Shown here piece after piece: positions 1 to 10,451 of a DNA stretch of 64,000 bases. The notes under the pieces were generated by a model. That model saw only the letters and a program-made list of their open reading frames with translations, ran no database searches and was not told the DNA's origin. Position numbers and translations under genes: made by a program. How positions within the stretch are numbered: the stretch's first letter is position 1; each line of letters begins with the position of its first letter. Source of the stretch: Eledone cirrhosa (taxonomy: Eukaryota); NCBI GenBank assembly GCA_964016885.1, contig OZ024744.1, positions 98,456,001 to 98,520,000 of the forward strand, read 5' to 3'.

Positions 1-145
1 GGTTGGTGTTAGGACCGGTTTTGAACAATGTAGAAACCATGTCAAGAATGGGATGTATGAGCCAAGACCTTATTATCAGACTGTGATGACCTGTCCAACC
101 CATACCATTGTGAAAAAACAAAACAAACATATAGTGATGAGGATG
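1..145 (+). mobile_element. Diverged 3' terminus of an RTE LINE/SINE
   Basis: ggttggtgttagg...gtagaaa...aacccatacc...gatgaggatg resembles the RTE-type tails elsewhere in the window. Confidence 0.5.
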
Positions 146-200
146 TGTGTGTGTGTGTATATACATATATACATATGCATGTGTATAGTATAAAAATATG

Positions 201-247
<47 letters not shown>

Positions 248-251
<4 letters not shown>

Positions 252-651
252 TCATCATCATCATCATCATCGTGTAACGTCCGTGTTCCACGCTTGCATG
301 GGTTTGGACATGGGTATTCCCACTTGAGGCAAGAGTGGTTGTCATTGCTCGCATAGGACTGTCTGGCAGGTTTTCTACAGTTGGATGCCCTTCCTAACAC
401 CAACCACATTTACAGTGTGGGTCTGGGAGGTTTTTACCGTGTTGCCTACATGGCCACATTACAGCGTGGACTGTGTTTTTTTTTGTCGTGACACCTACAC
501 GATCTCATTTGTTTCGGCCTGGATGGTGTGGCACCAACATAACTTTACATAGAAGGGGGCGGTGTGGATGGGACGGGGGTGTATTTTGTTAGAGATGCCT
601 ACTGACTGTAGTAGGTTTTACTATGTATTTAGGTAAGGCGGGTCTTCTCTA
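248..651 (-). mobile_element. RTE family 1 LINE, 5'-truncated (3'UTR plus last codons)
   Basis: (ATC)n on + strand followed by the reverse complement of the 3'UTR seen at 7834-8337 and 45241-45594. Confidence 0.9.
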
Positions 652-654
652 TAT

Positions 655-704
655 GCTTTCCTGATGATTTCCTTCGAATGAAACAGTTCTAGTCTTGTAG
701 AAGC
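655..704 (+). ncRNA. Type-I hammerhead ribozyme motif in a short pLTR-like segment (to ~785)
   Basis: gctttc-CTGATGA-tttccttcgaat-GAAA-cag...ctt-GTA-gaagc; core intact, helices imperfect. Confidence 0.6.
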
Positions 705-1369
705 CATTTCTATATTAAATATTTATACTCTGCTATATATTGCGTACCTTACTTACTGTGGTTACCCTCGATTGAACCCGGGATACACACACATGGGTGT
801 GTGTGTATATATATATACACACACAAACGTGTGTGTGTGTGTGCGTGTGTATATATATACACACACGTTTATGTATTTGTTTTGCAAGATTGTTGATGTG
901 AATATATTTGGGGACGGACATGTTGCCAGTATTGCCAATAAAAATATTAAGACCAGAAAGAAGAGGAGGCACAAAGGAGAACAGATGGTCATTGAGGAGG
1001 TCACAGAATGTGTGGTGAAAGAACTTTGAATAACAAATGAATGACAAGCAATAAAGATAAAGTGAAAATCATATGATGCATGTGTTTCTTCATTGGCAAT
1101 ACAGCGATATCTCTCCTCTCCTAGACATTCACTCTGCCAGTTGCAGACAGTGCATTAACATGAGATATTCTTCTCCACAAAGTTTGATCATCAGCAACAA
1201 AGTTTAAAGAGCAGAGGTCAAGTCCAATTCATAAGTTGACATTATCAAGCCAGTGTTTTGGGTGTCAACCCTTACTTCTCTTACCGGCTAAATTTCCTTC
1301 TAGGTTTAACTTACAACTTAACTTACTCATAGCAACATTACCATCCCCAAATCTAACAATATATGTATG

Positions 1370-1675
1370 TATGGTCTTGTAACTCATAAGAGAGTCGTAG
1401 GGGCACAATATTGACATACAGCATTTCTAGGGCATTTGTTTTCAAAACCTGGCAGAGCCCATCTCATCTCCAGGTCTAAATTTAGCAGTTTTCTTCCAGA
1501 GAAGGATAGAGAATGTGAGAGAATGGAAATGAGAAAGAATCAACTTTTTTTTTTTATTAACCTTGAATGGATGAAAAGGAAACTTGACCGTGGCAGGATT
1601 TGAACTGAGAGAGCCGAGATGAATACTGCAAAGCATTTTATCCAATGTTCTAATGATTCTGCCAATACGCCCTGT
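1370..1675 (-). mobile_element. SINE family B (tRNA-like head), diverged
   Basis: Reverse complement has a B-box-like gttcaaatcc followed by tttcatcc, and the tail gggctctgccaggttt shared with 24015-24236. Confidence 0.65.
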
Positions 1676-1747
1676 CATTAATATATAACAATACATACAC
1701 ACATCTGTGTGTATAAACCAGTGTAGTGTTGAGGGTTACTCCAGAAG

Positions 1748-1795
1748 ATTTTGAATCCACTTCTGGAGTAACCACTCCAGAAGTGGATTCAAAAT
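1748..1795. repeat. Perfect 22-bp inverted repeat, 4-nt loop
   Basis: attttgaatccacttctggagt-aacc-actccagaagtggattcaaaat. Confidence 0.9.
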
Positions 1796-2054
1796 AACTG
1801 AGCAGAAAATATGATGATATATATGTATATATTTATTCATTTCATTCATTAGACTGCATCCATGCTTGGAACATGGACACACACACACTTATTGGAAACC
1901 CATTGATTATATATGTTTCCACCTACCAAATTTAACACATAGCATTGGTCAACATGCGGGTATAGTAGAAGGCACATCACCAAGTGGTATTGTGTTAGTT
2001 CGTGTGTGTGTGTCTGTGTATATATATATATATGGAGGTATATATATATATAAT

Positions 2055-2382
2055 GGAGGCACATGGCTTAGTGGTTAGAGCATTGGCCTTGCAATCGAAA
2101 GGTTGTGAGTTCAATTCTCAGACCGGTTGATGTGTTGTTTCCTTGAGCAAGACACTTTATTTCACATTGCTCCAGTTTACTCAGCTGTAGAAATGAGATG
2201 ATAGGGACTGGGGTCCATATCATTCCACTGCAAAGTGGTCGTGGAGGTGCCACGGCAAAAAAGCACCCAGCACTCACTGTAAATGAGGTTGGTGTTAGGA
2301 AGGGCATCCAGCTGTAGAAATCAAGCCAGAATCAGTTCCCGTTCCACCCTTGCAAGCAGGGAAAAGCGGACGTAAAATGATG

Positions 2383-2384
<2 letters not shown>
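2055..2384 (+). mobile_element. SINE family A, full length (tRNA head, central domain, RTE-derived tail)
   Basis: A box TGGCTTAGTGG, B box GAGTTCAATTC, central ccttgagcaagacacttt motif, RTE-type 3' end plus GAT; near-identical copy at 20405. Confidence 0.9.
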
Positions 2385-2420
<36 letters not shown>

Positions 2421-2424
2421 CACA

Positions 2425-2790
2425 CAGTTGTACCCCAGTATTAACAAGGGTTATGTTCCTAGAGCACTCGCGAAGAGTGAAGAGCTGTGAATATTGGATA
2501 TGGTTCTCAAAAATGCCTATAAAAGTCAAAATGTAACGCAAAATATAATTAAAAAAATAGGGGGTGTCTTATGCGAAGGAGCGTCCAATAGGCCGGCAAA
2601 TACAGTATATAGTTATTGATAATTTAGCATTAAAAAAATATATATTTCCACGAAAAAAGCCATTAAAAAAAAAAAAGCAGAAGATATTTACAATTCCATG
2701 AATATGTGGTGATTTCCACGAACAATTATTAGTTAGGTTCTAAGGAAAATTCCGTGAATAACCAGGACTGCAAATGTCAGGGCTACACTG
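2425..2790. mobile_element. Degenerate Tc1/mariner-superfamily (Tigger-like) MITE with a nested pogo/Tc2-like terminus at 2560-2605
   Basis: Ends cagttgtacccc / gggctacactg-TA; the nested end reads tactgtatttgccggcctattggacgc on the - strand. Confidence 0.4.
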
Positions 2791-2892
2791 TATAAACACG
2801 CCAAACTTTTTCTCTTTCATTCTAAGCATGAAATGAAAAGGCTAATTATTTTTATATTTCTGTGTGTGTGTGTATATATATATATGCATACT

Positions 2893-4015
2893 ATCATCAT
2901 CATCATTTTTACGTCCGTTTTTTTCATGCTTGCATGAGTTGAACAGGTCCTTTTCAGCACAATTTCTCTACATTTACTGCGCTTCTTTGACATCTCCTCT
3001 GTGAGTCTCAGCAATTTGGGATCAGCTCTCACCACATCCACCCAGGTCTTCCTTGGTCTACCTCTACTGAGGCTTCCTTCCACTGACATTTCCTCTACCC
3101 AGGTCTTCCTTGGTCTACCTCTACTACAGCTTCCTTCCACTGGCATTTCCTCTGCCCAGGTCTTCCTTGGTCTACCTCTACTACAGCTTCCTTCCACTGA
3201 CATTTCCTCTGCCCAGGTCTTCCTTGGTCTACCTCTACTACAGCTTCCTTCCACTGACATTTCCTCTACCCAGGTCTTCCTTGGTCTACCTCTACTACAG
3301 CTTCCTTCCACTGACATTTCCTCTGCCCAGGTCTTCCTTGGTCTACCTCTACTCCAGCTTCCTTCCACTGGTATTTCCTGGTATTTCTTCACCCAGTGAA
3401 CACCATCCATATACATCACATGTCTATACCACCAACAGAGTATTCTCTTTTGCACACTCCTTGCATTCCTTCGTCATCTCCTGTGAGTCTCAGCAATTTG
3501 AGATCAGCTCTCACCACATCCACCCAGGTCTTCCTTGGTCTACCTCTTCCGTGGCTTCCTTCCACTGGGATTTCCTGGCATTTCTTCACCCAACAACCAT
3601 CATCCATGTACATCACATGTCCGTACCAACGCAGTCTTCTCTCCTGCACACCACTTCTGATTCCTCTTAAACCTAGTTTCTCCTTCTGTTCATCCAAGCT
3701 CTGCCTTTCTCTCACATTTACATTGCACATCCAACAAAGCATGGTTGCTTCATTTCTCTCTAGCCTAGGCATGTCCTCTGCAGCCATTGCCCATTTTTCA
3801 CTAGAATGCAATATTGCACTTCACACGCAGGCATCATACAGTGGTTCTTTTTGTACACAGGGAGAAAAAAGTTTATATCCTTGATGCTTTTCACCTCAAT
3901 TACCCCTGTGCGTCTTCTACATACAACGCCTTCCTTCATGTTAGTCTATCTGTTATCCCACTACATCTCTTGTGTACCCCAAATTTACATTGTGTACATC
4001 ATATAGAATTTATGC
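2893..4015 (-). mobile_element. RTE LINE 3' fragment with internally duplicated ORF end
   Basis: RRLRWYGHV...RGRPRKTW motifs (ORFs 2817..3455, 3416..3811), PHD remnant near 3950-4010, GAT tail. Confidence 0.85.
3041..3382. repeat. 57-bp minisatellite x6 inside RTE ORF
   Basis: Unit cccaggtcttccttggtctacctctacta... at 57-bp period, encoding [19 protein letters not shown]. Confidence 0.95.
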
Positions 4016-4047
4016 TTACTCTATCATATGTGTGTGTATATATATAT

Positions 4048-4397
4048 AGATTACAATAATCAAAGTTCAGTTTAAATCATTTATTTGCTTACAATTGTTT
4101 CCTCCAAACCGAGGTTTGGATTCTTCGGAGCAACTATTTAGTGATTTATAACATACTTGACCTCCTTAACATACTTGACCTCCTCGGTTTGGAGGAAACA
4201 ATTGTAAGCAAATAAATGATTTAAACTGAACTTTGATTATTGTAATCTCTATATAACTGCTCTGTAAAACAACTGATGTTATTACATTGAGCTATTTATC
4301 TTACTGGTAATAAGATAGTAATGAATGACTATCTTTCACTATTTGGGGTTTGTATATGAAAAATATATAACCATAAAAGGTTTTATTATATACATAA

Positions 4398-4400
<3 letters not shown>
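4048..4400. mobile_element. Penelope-pLTR-like non-coding element with head-to-head inversion
   Basis: 67-bp inverted arms 4048-4114/4182-4248; homologous to 59078-59350; carries a hammerhead motif; (TA)n on both sides. Confidence 0.75.
4085..4133 (-). ncRNA. Minimal type-I hammerhead motif, variant core CCGAAGA
   Basis: ttgct-CCGAAGA-a-tccaaacc-tc-ggtttgga-g-GAAA-caatt-GTA-agcaa. Confidence 0.65.
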
Positions 4401-4445
<45 letters not shown>

Positions 4446-4449
4446 CTCT

Positions 4450-5105
4450 GTGAGGTTTAATGTTTGGAGATGAGCTCCTACCACTTCTGTCCAGGAACTT
4501 TTTTACACAATGCTCATCATCCATACAAATCACATACCTATACCAACAGTCTTCTCTTCTGCACACAGCATCTGATTCCTCTTACACCCCAGTTTCTCTC
4601 TCAGCTCGTCCAAGGTTTATTGTTCACACAAATTAACATTGCACATCCATCGAAACATGTTTTTTTTCATTTCTCTCTAGCCTTAGCATGTCCTCTCATG
4701 CAACATTTTTTGCACATACACCATACAATCACCCTTTCGTTTGTAGCAAGAAACCTTTTATTTTCAACAGAGGTAGTAGCTCTTTGAATTTTTCCCATCC
4801 TGTTCTTTTCTTCAGAGAAACCTCCTTCACTACCAATTAGGTCACTGAGGTAGCAGCAGCTATCAACTACTTTTGTGGAGCCTTCCCAGGATTGGAAAAT
4901 TTTATTTCACTTGGATTCTTATTCTCTATTTTTTTTTTTTTTTTTGCATCTGCCACAAAGTTTACGTTTTCTATTAGTCTGTCTGCAGTCCTACAACACT
5001 TCTTGTACACCTATGTTTTACATTGTGTACATCATATAGAGTAGCCTACATATTGAGCACTGCCATTTTTCTGTTGGAATAAGTTCCTTGTTTTCTTTCC
5101 CATCA
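4450..5105 (-). mobile_element. Old RTE LINE fragment (PHD and thumb region)
   Basis: Degenerate WY-YV-MDD..CVKK; CYLSDLIG..GGFSE remnants. Confidence 0.65.
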
Positions 5106-5470
5106 TTTAACGTTTGCTTTCTCTGCTAGCAGGGTCCACAAAGACCAAGTCAGTACTGAAGCAGGGCTACTGACCACCCAGACAGGCTGAGGGGTCTGTA
5201 TCCTGCTTATGTATGGTCATATCAAGTGCAAAGGAGAAGTTGTACCTTTTAACACAAACTGAAGGGTCCTCCGAACACTTTGTTTGGCAAGCTTTCTATG
5301 GTTGGATGCCCTTCGTAACACCAAATAATTTACGTGTACTGGGTGCTTTTATTGTGTAGATCACCAGCATTAGAGAGGTTGTCATGTCCTTGACACAAAG
5401 GGTCCTCCCAACCCTTTGTTTGGCAAGCTTTCTACAACTATACCATTCCTATCACACCAAGTGCTTTGCA
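5100..5470 (-). mobile_element. Old RTE-type 3' tail element
   Basis: catcatttaacgt..., ttctatggttggatgcccttc..aacacc motif. Confidence 0.5.
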
Positions 5471-5679
5471 TGTATATATAATGATGTGGCAAGGATTTTT
5501 CCCCTTCATTTGAATATTCTCAGGTCTGATAAACTATTGGTTACAGCGTCAAGCCTGTTCATGACCAATCCTACCTTCAGCTGATCAATGGCAAAATGCA
5601 CGTGTGTGTGAGATTATATATATGTGTGTATGTGTATGTGTATGTGTGTGTGTATATATATGTGTATGGGGGGTGGTAC

Positions 5680-5840
5680 CATCATCATTACCATTTAATG
5701 ACTATTTTCCATGCTTGCATGCAGTAGATGGGTTGTCATGTGGTCATGTCTTGCTCATTTGTTCCATGTTTTGTTGTGTTTCTATGGCTGAATGCACTTC
5801 CTACTGCTAAACACCTTACAGTGTGAACTTCAAACTATTG
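5680..5840 (-). mobile_element. Old RTE-type 3' tail
   Basis: catcatcat...ttttccatgcttgcatg terminal hairpin remnant. Confidence 0.5.
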
Positions 5841-6758
5841 TATTGTGGCATTAACCACTTTAAATATGTGAGTGTGTAAGTATAATTACGTATTTATATG
5901 TATGCATATATATTTGTATATATGCGTGTGTTAATATATTTATATTTTATTTATATATATGTATACTTTATGTGTATAGATTGTCAGATCACTCTCAAGC
6001 AGTACAGGTAACATGTAGCCCAGTACAACCTGTCACATTGGCCGGTCAGTGCTGACTAAACCAGCAACCCCCAAGTTTGTTTGGTAAGGAGGGTGATTTT
6101 TGGACACCCTGTGAGATGAAAAATAAAACCCATCATAGAACAGAAAAACTTTGACAGTCAATGAACATCCAATACAGCTTGACAAAGCTCGTTAGCTTTT
6201 GTTGGCTGTATGTTTAGAAGGATTACTCTGATTTCAAAACTGGAGTAGATGGAACTCCTTGGTCACTTAGGTGACAACTTTCCAAGTGGCTAATAGCTTC
6301 ATCCTTTTGTTGAAGGTAGATGAGCTGTGACTCAGTAGCTAGCTTTTGAGTAATGGTCGGAAAAGGATTCAGAGCCCACCGACGTCACTTTTTTTCCCGA
6401 TGAGAATCATGAACATACAGCATCATATATATATCTAAGTCCAACTGTTGTAGTTTGAGCAGTGTTGTTTGTGCGGCATGTATGTGGTTGAGCGTTGTTT
6501 TGCAAGAGGATTAGCCTGTCTCTATTGACCAATTTCTGCTGTTTAATTCTAAGCTACCTCATCATTTTGTCCAGGGGTTCACAAAAATTGATCTGAGACA
6601 AACAATTCAAAAGACAATCACAAACCAAAATGTACATTTGAAAAACTGCTGATCTACTTTCATAATAAAACAAAACCAAGAACTCTCCAGTGAAATGTTA
6701 GAGATATCAACTCTCAAACTTTGTGCTTAAGGAAATTGGACATTTCATTCTTAATAAC

Positions 6759-6809
<51 letters not shown>

Positions 6810-6811
<2 letters not shown>

Positions 6812-8337
6812 CTATTTATTATTGCCCTTCAGGCTATAACAGAGGAGTTCAAGACCGGCTGCCCATGGGAACTCCTATACGCAGATGATCTAACGCTCAT
6901 AGCTGAATCAATGACCGAACTAGAGAAGAAATTCCAAACGTGGAAGCACGGCCTAGAATCAAAAGGCCTTAAAATTAACCTGGCTAAGACTAAAGTTCTA
7001 GTTTGTAGGAAAGAAAATAAGGCGGCGGTCCCATCGGGGAAATGGCCATGCTCAGTGTGTAGGAAAGGCGTAGGTAGAAACTCCATTTTATGTCCCAAAT
7101 GCAAAGTATGGGTGCATAAAAGATGTAGTGGGATCACAGGTAAGCTAACTAAGAACATAGATTTTACATGTGGCCGGTGCTCTGGTGCAATAAGTAGCAG
7201 CAAGTGCCCACAAAATACTAGCTCCTTCAACTGCGCAGAGGGTTCTATAGAAATAGTGGACAGCTTCCGTTATCTGGGTGACAAAATCAGCAGTGGGGGA
7301 GGGTGCTCTGAAAGTACAGTAGCTAGAGTCAGAACTGGATGGAAAAAGTTCAGAGAGCTTATACCACTATTAGCCGCTAGAGGGTTCTCCCTAAAAATGA
7401 AAGGCAGGTTATACGATGCCTGCATACGAACAGCAATGCTGCATGGCAGCGAGACCTGGGCATTGTGTGCAGAGGATATACGCAGACTAGAGAGGAACGA
7501 AGCTTGCATGCTCCGCTGGATGTGCAATAGTAATATACGTGAACGGCAAAGCATAAACGAACTAAGGAAAAAATTAGAAATAAGAGGGATCAGATGTTGT
7601 TTACTCGAGAGAAGGCTACGTTGGTACGGTCACGTGATGCGCATGAAAGACGACAGCTGTATAACAAAGTGCAGGGCAATAAAGATAGACGGTAGCCACG
7701 GAGTAGGCAGACCCAGAAAAACATGGGACGAGCTGATAAATTCCGACCTCACACGCTTACACCTCTCCAAGACAATGTCACTGGACCGAGACCTTTGGCG
7801 GTACTCAGTAATAGAGAAGACCCGCCTTACCTAAATACAAAGTAAAAACCTACTACAGTCAGTAGGCACCTCTATCAAAACACACCCCCGTCCCACCACC
7901 TCCACCCCACCCACACCGCCCCTTTCAATGTAAAGTTATGTTGGTCCCACAACATCCAGGCCGAAACAAATGAGATCGTGTAGGTGTCACGACAAAAAAC
8001 ACACAGTCCACGCTGTAAATGTGGCCGTGTAGGCAACACGGTAAAAACCTCCCAGCCCCACACTGTAAATGTGGTTGGTGTTAGGAAGGGCATCCAGCTG
8101 TAGAAAACCAGCCAGACAGTCCACGCTGTAATGTGGCCGTGTAGGCAACACGGTAAAAACCTCCCAGCCCCACACTGTAAATGTGGTTGGTGTTAGGAAG
8201 GGCATCCAACTGTAGAAAACCCGCCAGACAGTCCTATGCGAGCAAGACAACCACTCTTGCCTCAAGTGGGAAAACCCCCGTCCAAACCCATGCAAGCGTG
8301 GAACACGGACGCTAAACCTGATGATGATGATGATGAT
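6810..8337 (+). mobile_element. RTE family 1 LINE, 5'-truncated, with 113-bp tandem duplication in the 3'UTR
   Basis: YADD, PHD finger and thumb open to stop at 7834; (GAT)n tail; near-identical to 44206-45594. Confidence 0.95.
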
Positions 8338-8340
8338 ATA

Positions 8341-8610
8341 ATGTAACTTAATGGTTTGAACAGTGAGCTCATAATCGTAAGGTCGTGAGTTCAGTTCCTG
8401 AACGAGGTGATACCGTGTGTCATGAGCTAGACACTTTCACATTACATTGCTCCAATTCATTCAGCTGGAATAAATGAGTTGCAATGTCACTTGTTCCAAG
8501 CTGTATCGGCCTTTGCCTTTTTCTTTGATAACATCAGTGTCAGGAAGAGAGGAGACTGGTATGCTGTTCTTCCACAAAAACAGTTTGCCTGGGCTTGTTA
8601 CTTGGTAAAA
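8341..8610 (+). mobile_element. Diverged tRNA-derived SINE (family A-related head, different tail)
   Basis: gtgagttcagttcc B-box-like; catgagctagacacttt...ttgctcca central motif. Confidence 0.6.
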
Positions 8611-9423
8611 AACCCATGGTAAATTACGAGTGTGGGGGGGGGGGGGCTCCTTGTAAACTCTATGGCCATATAAAAATTGTGTATCTATTAGAAACTGCTA
8701 AACTAGTTCAAAAGCAAAGCCCTAGAGCTCTTTACTCAGATAAAATGGTTACAAAACGATCTTTCTAAAACATGTATGGAGGGTATGATTCAGGGTAAAA
8801 GATATAAGGGTAGGCCACTAAGGCACAGGTAAGACTATGTCTATAAATGGTCTGGTCTAAATTTATATGAAATAAATGAAGCCTTTCAATATAGAAAACT
8901 GTGGAAGGAAGTAAGTCATGTTAATGTGCAATCTACTGCAGGCAGAGACAGCATATGGTGATGTACACAGATATATTTCTTTATTTACATAGATAAGTAG
9001 ATAGATATATGTATATGAAAAACTGTATATATTTGTATGTGGATATATATTAATAGAAAAAAGAACCAAGTTATACTTAAAACATTTTTTATTCTACATG
9101 TTTCATTATAGAGTGGTGGGTCACACCACAATACATACAAGGTATTTGTTCATCGCTCTACGTATCCTCAGGAGCCTAGATATTGTTTGAAGTGTCAACT
9201 GTATTACATGCATGATATAACTCCATACAATGGAGGAGTTTCACACTATACCAATTAATAATACATAGCAAAGGCAAAAATGAAGCAAAAGCAGTATATT
9301 AGAAACAGAATATCAAATGTTGCTCTTATGTACAACTGTACATTAAGAGACATATAGGATTAAAAAATAGAATATGAGTACAATGCCTTTGTATACCACA
9401 ATGTAACCATATATATATATATA

Positions 9424-9622
9424 GGAACAAGTAAGACCCCGACGGCTGAGCTCAAGCCGTTTCGACGGCTAATTCTGGACGAATTAGTCCAGAATTAGCC
9501 GTCGAAACGGCTTGAGCTCAGCCGTCGGGGTCTTACTTGTTCCGATTACCCACTCTACTACCCTAAGTATTGAGTACTTTGGTGCGTTATGGTCCACCTG
9601 GTTCCTTACCACATTTCCTTCG

Positions 9623-9625
<3 letters not shown>
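9424..9625. mobile_element. pLTR-like element with perfect 57-bp head-to-head inversion and 3' half of a hammerhead
   Basis: Arms 9424-9480/9487-9543; + arm has GAAA-cggct-tgagctc-agcc-GTC; (TA)n on both sides. Confidence 0.65.
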
Positions 9626-9665
<40 letters not shown>

Positions 9666-9668
<3 letters not shown>

Positions 9669-9968
9669 TCATCACTGTTTTACGTCCGTTCACTGTTTTA
9701 CGTCCGTTCTTCTACGCTAGCATGGGTTAAACAGGTTGTCCTGTTGTGGACAGTGCCAGGTTGGCTGACCTTGTCTTGTTCATACAGGAACTGATTTTGG
9801 CTTGATTTCTACAGCTGGATGCCCTTCCTAACTCCAACCTCATTTACAGTGAGTGGTGGGTGCTTTTCATCTCATTTCTACAGCTGAGTAAACTGGAACA
9901 ATGCAAAATAAAGTGTCTTGCTCAAGGAAACAACACATCACCCAGTTCGAGAATTAAACTCACAACCT
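9666..9968 (-). mobile_element. SINE family A, 5'-truncated
   Basis: Reverse complement of B-box region, central domain and RTE tail. Confidence 0.8.
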
Positions 9969-10099
9969 ATATATATATATATATATATACATGTATTACA
10001 TAAGCGATGAAATGCCTATGATGGTTGGAAGATCACTGATGAAGGACAAACTTTTTTCATATGTAACCCATTTGCAACTCCGCAGCGCCTTTATTATCA

Positions 10100-10257
10100 T
10101 ATTTATATATATATATATGTATATATACATGTATATACATGTATATATATACATGTATATACATGTATATATATATATGTATATACATGTATATATATAT
10201 ATATATATGTATATACATGTATATACATATATATATGTATATACATGTATATACATG

Positions 10258-10288
<31 letters not shown>

Positions 10289-10408
10289 GTATATACATGT
10301 ATATATATATATATGTATATACATGTGTATATATGTATATACATGTGTATATATGTATATACATGTGTATATATGTATATACATGTATATATATATGTAT
10401 ATACATGT

Positions 10409-10440
<32 letters not shown>

Positions 10441-10451
10441 GTATATACATG
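10100..10451. repeat. Compound (TA)n microsatellite with TACATGTA units
   Basis: Directly visible. Confidence 0.95.

Noticed and set aside
889-1029. Possible host terminal exon (IVDVNIFGDG...VVKEL*) after ttttgcaag
   Set aside because: No recognisable domain or partner exons; cannot be supported without transcripts
1180-1200. CTGATGA on the minus strand as another hammerhead
   Set aside because: No helix II/GAAA/NUH downstream
2055-2130. tRNA gene (also at 20405)
   Set aside because: A/B boxes continue into a SINE body and RTE tail; no clean cloverleaf
3041-3382. Regularly spaced repeats resembling a CRISPR array
   Set aside because: No unique spacers; it is a tandem 57-bp piece of an RTE ORF in a eukaryotic context
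10245-10451. N-terminal extension of the 756-aa LINE ORF
   Set aside because: Chance in-frame read-through from the microsatellite into a 5'-truncated copy
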